A DNA stretch of 43,303 nucleotides from NCBI GenBank assembly GCA_031400675.1, contig JANNQJ010000425.1, forward strand, positions 1 through 43,303, given 5' to 3'. The first letter of the stretch is position 1; every line of letters begins with the position of its first letter. This DNA is from Cyclobacteriaceae bacterium (GTDB lineage Bacteria; Bacteroidota; Bacteroidia; Cytophagales; Cyclobacteriaceae). Under the pieces are notes generated by a model. That model was not told the DNA's origin. It saw only the letters and a program-made list of their open reading frames with translations, and did not search any database. Shown here piece after piece: positions 32,474 through 40,087 of the stretch. A program made the position numbers and the translations under genes.

Positions 32474-33709
32474 TTATTCAAATCTAAGTGACTCAATTGG
32501 GTCAAGCTTCGAGGCTTTATGTGCCGGATAATATCCTGAAATCAATCCAACCGCTATGCAAACAATCAACCCCATGCTCATCCACATCCAGGGGATAACA
32601 AAAATTTCGATACCCATTAATCTGGAAATACCATTGCCAATTAAAATGCCAAAAATTATTCCGGCAATGCCGCCTAATAAGCATACCACAATTGCTTCAA
32701 TCACAAATTGTTGACGGATGCGCAAAGGCGTTGCCCCGAGTGCTTTTCTCACACCTACTTCGCGCGTGCGTTCCGTAACGGATACCAGCATAATGTTCAT
32801 CAATGCGATAGAAGCTCCCAGCAACGTAATAAAGCCAACTCCAAAACCACCCATGCGCAACCCAGAAGTAATGCTTTCCATTTCCTGGGCAAGGGTTTCG
32901 CTCCGCTCCAAATCAAAAGAATTTGCATGACCTACTTCATCGCGCCTGATGGATCGCATAAGACCTGTAGCTTCACCCATGGCATACTCAATTTTTGCTG
33001 CATCGGTAATTCCAACAGTCAACTCATAAAAAAGACCGTTGCCTTTCGCCATTTGATTGGCAAGCCTGATAGGTATGATCACCATGTTGTCATAATTATC
33101 CTCCGCAAGCTGTCCCTTCTCTTCAATCACGCCTATCACTTTAAACTGAGTTCCCAAAATTGTAATCTTGCTATTGACTGGTTCTTCGTTCCCTTTATAT
33201 AACGTCTTATAAATCTTGTGGCCGATAATGGCCACGTTGGTTCCATAACCTGCTTCGATCTTCGATAAGCCTCTTCCTTTTTGCAACTCAAGCCCTTTAA
33301 TGGCTAGATAGTCCTCATTCACTCCCTGCACCATTACATTAGGATTCGTTTTAGCTGACCTGTGTTTGATCTCAGCATTCCACGAGAGGTTGGCCGATAA
33401 ACTCACGGAAGAGGGCACGTTATATTGTTCTATGAACCGGAAGGCTTCGCTTAATGTTAGCGGTGGGTACACTTTTTGTGCTACTCCCTGAGAACTTCCT
33501 CCACGATTTTCAATGGAATTTATATCAAAGGTATTCGCACCCAAACCAGCAAGGCTGTCATTCACCGAACGCTCAATCCCGTCAATGGCGGTAAGGATCC
33601 CCACCAGAGAAGTAATACCAACAGCTACAATAAGGGCCGTTAACACCGAACGAAGCATATTGGCCTGTATCGACCTCATACCTTCCTTCATATTTTCGAT
33701 TAAATCCAT
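32474..33709 (-). CDS. MacB-like ABC transporter permease (MacB periplasmic core domain + FtsX 4-TM) with no adjacent ATPase
   Basis: The N-terminus is MREGMRSIQANMLRSVLTALIVAVGITSLV. A ~230-aa periplasmic domain is followed by a C-terminal FtsX module (ERTREVGVRKALGATPLRIRQQF...YPAHKASKLDPIESLRFE). Confidence 0.8.
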   Translation of the reverse strand: MDLIENMKEGMRSIQANMLRSVLTALIVAVGITSLVGILTAIDGIERSVNDSLAGLGANTFDINSIENRGGSSQGVAQKVYPPLTLSEAFRFIEQYNVPSSVSLSANLSWNAEIKHRSAKTNPNVMVQGVNEDYLAIKGLELQKGRGLSKIEAGYGTNVAIIGHKIYKTLYKGNEEPVNSKITILGTQFKVIGVIEEKGQLAEDNYDNMVIIPIRLANQMAKGNGLFYELTVGITDAAKIEYAMGEATGLMRSIRRDEVGHANSFDLERSETLAQEMESITSGLRMGGFGVGFITLLGASIALMNIMLVSVTERTREVGVRKALGATPLRIRQQFVIEAIVVCLLGGIAGIIFGILIGNGISRLMGIEIFVIPWMWMSMGLIVCIAVGLISGYYPAHKASKLDPIESLRFE

Positions 33710-33864
33710 TGAATTTGTAACGAAGTTTGTACCACAATACGTTGACTTACATACTCGAAATGTTACACATAAACGATGAATTATTTAGGACGCAGGTTAG
33801 TCGACTAAATATGGATAAGTGGAACACGAATGGTAAATTTAAGTAAATCTTAACAGTGCGTACG

Positions 33865-35121
33865 ATGAGGGGTCTTCTTTTGTTTTGTTTTCTGATTGTT
33901 TTTAAGGTTGCAACGTCCAACTCCATTTTTATACCGATGGATGATAAACAAGCCAACCACTTAAAAGCCTATGGAATAGCCTACTGGATTCTTAAAACAG
34001 ATACAGAAGTAGACTGGCTTTTAAACTATCGTGGTGGGAGTTTTATGTGCACCTTTCATCCGGCCATTCAAAACGAGTTAGTAGTAAGGGGTGTAAGTTT
34101 TGAAGTGATCTCGGATGCGCAGACTAATCAGATCATTTCTGAAATTGCAAGCCCCGCTGTTAACTACGACATCATGAAACTGGAGAAGTATCCGCGTATT
34201 GCAGTATACTCTCCAAAGACTGCACAGCCCTGGGACGATGCCGTTACCTTGGTACTCACGTATGCGGAAATACCATACGACATTATTTTTGATGATGAGG
34301 TTTTGGATGGTACGTTACCGAAATACGATTGGATTCATCTGCACCACGAAGACTTCACAGGCCAATATGGAAAATTTTATGCCTCCTTCTCCAACATGGG
34401 CTGGTACATCGAACAACAAAAAGAAGCGGAAGACGTGGCACGAAAACATGGCTTTCATAAAGTGTCGCAACTGAAACTGGCAGTCGTAAAAAGGATCAAG
34501 GAATTTATAGCAGGTGGTGGTTTTCTGTTCGCCATGTGTTCTGCTACCGATAGCTTTGATATTGCGTTAGCTGCCGAGGGTATTGATATTTGCGAACGGA
34601 TGTTTGATGGCGATCCATCAGATCCATTGGCACAGGATAAACTTGATTTCGAAAAAACCCTTGCCTTTACAGATTTCAGGTTAGTGCGTGATCCGTACCA
34701 ATATGAATTTTCCTCCATTGATAATCCGCCTAATGAACGGGGTCTGCGACAGGACAATGATTATTTCAATCTCTTTGAATTTTCAGCGAAATGGGATCCC
34801 ATCCCAACCATGTTAACTCAAAATCACACGAAAGTTATCAGCGGCTTTTTCGGACAAACAACAGGGTTTAAAAGCAGTCTGATTAAACCTGATGTGGTAG
34901 TGTTGGGAGAAAACAAAGAGATTAATGAAGCAAAATATGTTCATGGTGTATTAAGCAAAGGCTTCTGGACGTTTTATGGAGGCCACGATCCGGAAGATTA
35001 TCAGCATCAGGTGGGTGAAGAGCATACAGATCTCAATCAACACCCTAATTCAGCAGGATACAGACTTATTTTAAATAATATTCTTTTTCCTGCAGCAAAA
35101 AAGAAAAAGCAAAAAACCTGA
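33865..35121 (+). CDS. Conserved secreted protein of unknown function (a Bacteroidota family that I recall is often labelled 'asparagine synthetase B' without support)
   Basis: ATG 33865 gives the signal peptide MRGLLLFCFLIVFKVATSNS. Conserved-looking blocks are HLKAYGIAYWILK, DWLLNYRGGSFM and GGGFLFAMCSATDSFDIALAAEG. The C-terminus is Lys-rich (AAKKKKQKT). I cannot assign a function. Confidence 0.5.
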   Translation: MRGLLLFCFLIVFKVATSNSIFIPMDDKQANHLKAYGIAYWILKTDTEVDWLLNYRGGSFMCTFHPAIQNELVVRGVSFEVISDAQTNQIISEIASPAVNYDIMKLEKYPRIAVYSPKTAQPWDDAVTLVLTYAEIPYDIIFDDEVLDGTLPKYDWIHLHHEDFTGQYGKFYASFSNMGWYIEQQKEAEDVARKHGFHKVSQLKLAVVKRIKEFIAGGGFLFAMCSATDSFDIALAAEGIDICERMFDGDPSDPLAQDKLDFEKTLAFTDFRLVRDPYQYEFSSIDNPPNERGLRQDNDYFNLFEFSAKWDPIPTMLTQNHTKVISGFFGQTTGFKSSLIKPDVVVLGENKEINEAKYVHGVLSKGFWTFYGGHDPEDYQHQVGEEHTDLNQHPNSAGYRLILNNILFPAAKKKKQKT

Positions 35122-35137
35122 TCAGTTGTTTCCAAAC

Positions 35138-37063
35138 TCAGTCATAAAATGACCAGTCAAATCCAAAGTCAAGTAAATTGCGAATACCCGGATAATAGGG
35201 GGTTGGTATGTTTCCGTAACTGCTGAACAACATCAGCACATTGTTATATTTAACAAATATTCTGGCGCGCCTGATCTTAGCATTCAGAAAAACATCGATA
35301 ACCGGAAATGATGGCACTAGAAATTCCTGCTGTGTATAATATTGCTGAATCACAGGATCGTAAGCGGGTGCATAATAGGCCGACTTCCAGTGTAAATCAA
35401 TGCCTGCTTGGAAATCAAGGTTGCCTTTAAACCATATATTTGAATAGGATAACTGACCGTTTACAAACAGTTCAGGAACCCGAATCGCATCTTCCGAGTT
35501 TTCTAACACCTCCGTATAAATCCCCTGAGCAATCAGGTTGATATGTTTGGCAAGCGTGACAGAAAGATTTAATTCTGGTGAAACCCAGGTCTGATATCCG
35601 CTGGATTGCAGGGGCAAAACTTTCTGCCCGCTGCTGGCAGGGTTTTCTTTAAAAAATATGTAATTCCTAAATGTGGAGAACCGAACTCCTGGATAAACGC
35701 CAAAAACTTTTGATTGGTAAATCAAATTACCTTTTACTTCAGTGGCCTCCACATTTGTAAAACTATTCAACCACACATCATGACTGCCCCGGTATGCCTG
35801 TTGTAAAAAGGTTGGGGTCGATACCGATCTGCTTGCGGATGCTTCAAACCATTTTGTTCGAATCGATCCTTGAATCTGGTACCGGTCGTCTAGCATCCAC
35901 TCGGTCCATCCTTTTACAGCAATTATGGAATCAATTTGTAGCGCAATTTTTCCCCCCACATAAAATTCATCATCTGATGTGTCGAGGTAAAAATTATCTT
36001 CATAGAAATACCTATAATCCATTGAATACTTTCTCCAAGCTGCATACCCGTTGTAAAAAAGTTTAAACAAACTTCCTTTCGCACCCACTTCGTTCCGGAA
36101 AGTCCTATATTCAACCTGGTCACGGCTTGTTGCACTGTCGACTACAATGACATCGTAAAAAGTATTTTCAGGTTGACCATCAATAAACCTGTTTCGTTGT
36201 TTATACAGATCGCTTTTGTGATAAAGTTGCAATGCTGACCCTACTTTGTACTGGTGAAACAAATGGTACGCGCTGCGGGTATCATTACTTTCCGCTTCGG
36301 TTAGTGAGGGTTGCGCGCTATCGTCTCCAGTCAAGAAAAATTCACTATATGTAAAATCACCACCTACCAATACACCTCCACTTTCATCGGCCTGGTGCGC
36401 ATTCTTTCGATAGTTTAGAAATATACTGTAGGTGCTATCTTTTGTGTGATAGACGCTGTACAGGTCATAGTAGGTACTCCGTACATTGCGATCTCCTTTT
36501 CCTTGTCGCGCAATCTGCTTATCAATAAGCAAGGCACGATAGTTAAAGCCAAAATTCCAGCGTGGTGTAATATTGCGACTGAAAGTTACACGCGTAACCG
36601 ACCTGCCTTTCCCACCTAAGATTACTTTCATATTGGAATAGGGCGACTTGGTATCGTAATACCGAATGGTTTCGTTGTTCCAATACAAATCATATGTATC
36701 AAAACCTGAGCTTGTTCCAATATTTTCAGAAACCTGATTATACACAGGACGGATCGCTGTACCAATGTTCCCTAAATCCTGATAAAAATTATCAAACCGC
36801 TGCACGTAGTTAAACCGGTGAAAGTTCCAACTGGTGGTATCAATGGGGTGAAGGGCGTTACGATTGAAGAAAAAATCTTCTTCGTAATAGTAACGTGACG
36901 TGTTAGGCCCATAGATATGTTTCGTGCTGTCATCTATGATTTGTGAACCTGTTCGTGGATTAGGCACTTCTTCCTGAGCAATAGATGGAAATGCAAGAAC
37001 AAGGCACGATGCTATTAAAACAAACCGGATACGCACACGCAAAGATAATGGCTGACTACTCAC
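35138..37063 (-). CDS. Outer-membrane beta-barrel protein ('putative porin' family)
   Basis: A signal peptide is present (LIASCLVLAFPSIAQ). The protein is 641 aa with an alternating aromatic/polar beta-strand pattern throughout and is rich in Y/F/N/S. It overlaps the lpxK stop by 8 nt, so the two genes are probably co-transcribed. Confidence 0.55.
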   Translation of the reverse strand: MSSQPLSLRVRIRFVLIASCLVLAFPSIAQEEVPNPRTGSQIIDDSTKHIYGPNTSRYYYEEDFFFNRNALHPIDTTSWNFHRFNYVQRFDNFYQDLGNIGTAIRPVYNQVSENIGTSSGFDTYDLYWNNETIRYYDTKSPYSNMKVILGGKGRSVTRVTFSRNITPRWNFGFNYRALLIDKQIARQGKGDRNVRSTYYDLYSVYHTKDSTYSIFLNYRKNAHQADESGGVLVGGDFTYSEFFLTGDDSAQPSLTEAESNDTRSAYHLFHQYKVGSALQLYHKSDLYKQRNRFIDGQPENTFYDVIVVDSATSRDQVEYRTFRNEVGAKGSLFKLFYNGYAAWRKYSMDYRYFYEDNFYLDTSDDEFYVGGKIALQIDSIIAVKGWTEWMLDDRYQIQGSIRTKWFEASASRSVSTPTFLQQAYRGSHDVWLNSFTNVEATEVKGNLIYQSKVFGVYPGVRFSTFRNYIFFKENPASSGQKVLPLQSSGYQTWVSPELNLSVTLAKHINLIAQGIYTEVLENSEDAIRVPELFVNGQLSYSNIWFKGNLDFQAGIDLHWKSAYYAPAYDPVIQQYYTQQEFLVPSFPVIDVFLNAKIRRARIFVKYNNVLMLFSSYGNIPTPYYPGIRNLLDFGFDWSFYD

Positions 37064-38105
37064 CTTTAAAACTATTCATAAAAGACGTGACCATGGCATC
37101 AAAATCCTTACCATTTCTTAAAAATTCGGCCTCTATTGGTAAATAAAAAATTGGCAAGCGCGATGTGTATGCCTTTAGTTCATCTCTTTCAAGTTTCACT
37201 TTATCTTTTTCCGTTGTTAAAATGCTGATCTGCTCTCCCGCTGTCTTGTGGAGTATGTGTTCCACATCCTGTAAATCGGAAGCACTAAAAACGTAATGAT
37301 CCCGAAAGGAAAAGTGTTTCACCAATATGAAGTGCTTTTTCACGTACTCTTCTAAAATATGGGCATTGGCTATGCCTGTCATTAGAATAACATGGGACGA
37401 GAATTTTTTAGTTGGATTACCAAAGGGAATCGGTTCGCCATACCTGATCTTGGAAAAGAAAATTGGTTTCATCGAGTACTTTCGAATGGCATGCTCCACG
37501 CTCATCATTTCCTCTTCTTCCAAATGACCAGGGCATTTCGTTACCACTATGGCATCCGCCCGATTTGCTCCCTCAGGCCCCTCCCTCAATCTGCCATAAG
37601 GCAACACATGATCATTAAAAAATGGCCGATGATACTCTGTAAGCAAAATACTCAAACCCGGTATCACGCTGCGGTGTTGAAACGCATCGTCCATGACAAC
37701 AACTTCTGACTTTTCAAGCTCTTGTAATATGGTGGGGATTGCCAAGGCTCGCTCTTCACCAACCGTAACATCAATAGCAGGGAAAAATTTTTTATATATC
37801 TGGAACGGCTCATCGCCAACGGTGGAGGCACTATCATGTTCACCGGCTATCCTGAATCCTTTTGTTTTTCTACCATAGCCACGACTAAGCGTAACTACTT
37901 TGTACTTTGGAGAGAGAAGTCGAATTAAATACTCCGTCATAGGGGTTTTTCCGGTACCCCCCACTGCCAGATTACCAACACCAATGACAGGGATATCAAA
38001 AGATGTAGAGGGCTTCAGCTTCATATCGTAAAGCCGGTTGCGAATATTCATTACCACATCGTACAACATGGCAAAAGGCAACAGCAAAAACTTGAGAACT
38101 GACAT
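37056..38105 (-). CDS. lpxK: Tetraacyldisaccharide 4'-kinase (lipid A biosynthesis)
   Basis: The protein has an N-terminal membrane helix and the P-loop VIGVGNLAVGGTGKTPMTEYL, followed by LSRGYGRKTKG. It is 349 aa. Confidence 0.9.
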   Translation of the reverse strand: MSVLKFLLLPFAMLYDVVMNIRNRLYDMKLKPSTSFDIPVIGVGNLAVGGTGKTPMTEYLIRLLSPKYKVVTLSRGYGRKTKGFRIAGEHDSASTVGDEPFQIYKKFFPAIDVTVGEERALAIPTILQELEKSEVVVMDDAFQHRSVIPGLSILLTEYHRPFFNDHVLPYGRLREGPEGANRADAIVVTKCPGHLEEEEMMSVEHAIRKYSMKPIFFSKIRYGEPIPFGNPTKKFSSHVILMTGIANAHILEEYVKKHFILVKHFSFRDHYVFSASDLQDVEHILHKTAGEQISILTTEKDKVKLERDELKAYTSRLPIFYLPIEAEFLRNGKDFDAMVTSFMNSFKGE

Positions 38106-38115
38106 GAATAAAAGT

Positions 38116-38123
38116 GTAGTTTT
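38116..38123 (+). promoter_or_regulatory. Candidate Bacteroidota sigma-A -7 box (TAGTTTTG, matching the TAnnTTTG consensus) upstream of the NIF3 gene
   Basis: The sequence matches the published -7 consensus exactly and lies 57 nt upstream of ATG 38180. This is a single short motif and weak evidence on its own. Confidence 0.3.
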
Positions 38124-38179
38124 GCTAACGGGTTCCTACAAAAATACAACTAACCGGTGAGTATTAATCAATCCGAGAA

Positions 38180-39274
38180 ATGAAAGTAAAAGACATCACG
38201 AATCACCTCGAGTCGTTAGCCCCGCGTGCGTACCAGGAATCGTATGACAACTCCGGTTTATTAACTGGTGAGCCCTCACTGGAAATTACCGGGGTACTGG
38301 TCACATTGGATTGTACGGAAGAAGTAGTACAGGAAGCAATTGATCGAGGTGTGAATATGATTGTTGCTCATCATCCCATCATCTTCAAAGGATTAAAAAA
38401 ATTAACAGGTAGCAACTATGTAGAGCGTACTGTATTAAAGGCTATTCGCAATAACATCACGCTGTACGCTATTCATACCAATCTGGATAATGTTCATACG
38501 GGAGTTAATAGAAAGATTAGCGAAAAAATAGGACTGACAAACCTGAGGATCCTGCTTCCCAAAAAAGATACCTTATCCAAACTAGTCACGTTCATTCCTC
38601 ATCAACATGCAGAAGCAGTCATGAAGGCTCTTCATGAAGCAGGTGCAGGTCAAATCGGGAATTATAAAAATTGCAGTTTCAGGGTGGAGGGAATGGGGAC
38701 CTTCATGCCGAATGATGAGGCTAGACCTCATATTGGTCGGGCTAACCAACAGGAATCTGTAAAGGAAATCAGGGTAGAAATGATATTCTCTTCCTATCTG
38801 GAGGGCAGAATTATTGGCGCTTTACGAAAAGTCCATCCCTACGAAGAAGTTGCTTATTATTTGACCCATTTAAATAATGAGAATCAAGAGGCTGGCTCTG
38901 GGATGATTGGCTCGTTGGAGCAGCCTATGGAACCAATCGAGTTTTTAAGGCGTTTAAAAAGCAGCATGAATTTAAATATCATCCGGCATACCCGTTTGCT
39001 GGATAAAAAGGTGGCAAAAGTGGCTATTTGTGGTGGATCAGGCAGTTTTCTGCGTCACCAGGCTATCTCCTCCGGAGCCGATTTCTTTGTAACGGCCGAC
39101 TTCAAATACCACGAATTCTTTGATGCAGATGGCAAAATCACCATTGCCGACATTGGCCACTACGAAAGCGAGGCTTTTACGAAAGAGCTGATAGTAGAGA
39201 TTTTGAAAGAAAAATTTCCTACTTTTGCGCTCAATTTTTCTACTACAGACACGAATCCCATACGATATCTCTAA
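38180..39274 (+). CDS. Nif3-like dinuclear metal centre protein (YbgI / GTP cyclohydrolase 1 type 2 family) with an inserted PII-like domain
   Basis: The sequence reads ESYDNSGLLTG, NMIVAHHPIIFKGLKKL, LYAIHTNLDN and a C-terminal ITIADIGHYESE. The protein is 364 aa. Confidence 0.85.
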   Translation: MKVKDITNHLESLAPRAYQESYDNSGLLTGEPSLEITGVLVTLDCTEEVVQEAIDRGVNMIVAHHPIIFKGLKKLTGSNYVERTVLKAIRNNITLYAIHTNLDNVHTGVNRKISEKIGLTNLRILLPKKDTLSKLVTFIPHQHAEAVMKALHEAGAGQIGNYKNCSFRVEGMGTFMPNDEARPHIGRANQQESVKEIRVEMIFSSYLEGRIIGALRKVHPYEEVAYYLTHLNNENQEAGSGMIGSLEQPMEPIEFLRRLKSSMNLNIIRHTRLLDKKVAKVAICGGSGSFLRHQAISSGADFFVTADFKYHEFFDADGKITIADIGHYESEAFTKELIVEILKEKFPTFALNFSTTDTNPIRYL

Positions 39275-39280
39275 AAATTA

Positions 39281-40087
39281 ATGGAAACTCAAACAGTAGC
39301 ACAAAAACTCGAAGCGCTTGTAAAACTACAAACCATCGACACCAAACTAGACGAACTGAAGAAATTAAGAGGTGACCTTCCAGATGAGGTTCAGGATCTG
39401 GAAGATGAAATGATCGGATACAACACCCGGCTCGCGCGCCACCAGACAGAATTGAAGGAAATCGAGGAGAGCATTAAGAAAAGCAAAGAAGGGGCTAAAG
39501 AATCTGAAAAGCTCATCAAAAAATACGCAGAACAACAAAAGAACGTACGCAACAACCGCGAATTCGATGCCATCACGAAGGAACAAGAATTACAGGAACT
39601 TGAAATCCAGATCTGTGAGAAGAAAGTAAAAGAAGGCAAAGAACTTACTGCATCCAAGAAAGCAGAGATCGAGAAAACGGAAGCCCTCATTGAAGAGCGT
39701 ACCTCGCACCTCGACAACAAGAAGAAAGAATTAGATGATATCCTGCAAGAGAGCCAGGAAGAGGAAAAACGCTTGATGGTTGAACGAGATAAGGCTGTTA
39801 AGAAAATTGAAGATAAAAACCTCCTCAAGCATTACGACAGATTACGCAGCAGTCTATCCAATGGGTTAGCCGTTGTACGCGTGGTTCGTGGTGCAGCAGA
39901 AGGATGCAACATTGTTATCCCTCCTCAAAAAATTGCAGAAATCCGTGAGAAAAAGAAAATAGTAATTGACGAACATTCCGGTCGTATCTTAGCAGACGTA
40001 GATATGGAGTCGCTGGATGAGAGCGACAAACCTAAAAAGGCAGGTGCTGCTCCTACCACTACCAGACGAAGAAAAACAGTTGAATAG
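39281..40087 (+). CDS. DUF164-family coiled-coil protein (the usual NIF3 neighbour) with a degenerate C-terminal zinc ribbon
   Basis: The N-terminus is LEALVKLQTIDTKLDEL, followed by a long coiled coil and NNREFDAITKE. The C-terminus reads VVRGAAEGCNIVIPPQKIAEIREKKKIVIDEHSGRIL; relatives, as I recall, carry CxxC...CxxC at these positions. Confidence 0.7.
   Translation: METQTVAQKLEALVKLQTIDTKLDELKKLRGDLPDEVQDLEDEMIGYNTRLARHQTELKEIEESIKKSKEGAKESEKLIKKYAEQQKNVRNNREFDAITKEQELQELEIQICEKKVKEGKELTASKKAEIEKTEALIEERTSHLDNKKKELDDILQESQEEEKRLMVERDKAVKKIEDKNLLKHYDRLRSSLSNGLAVVRVVRGAAEGCNIVIPPQKIAEIREKKKIVIDEHSGRILADVDMESLDESDKPKKAGAAPTTTRRRKTVE

Noticed and set aside
40017-40079. An upstream extension of the TPR ORF overlapping the DUF164 gene end
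   Set aside because: This is an alternative-frame read of the DUF164 C-terminal tail. A start at TTG 40080 or later is more plausible.
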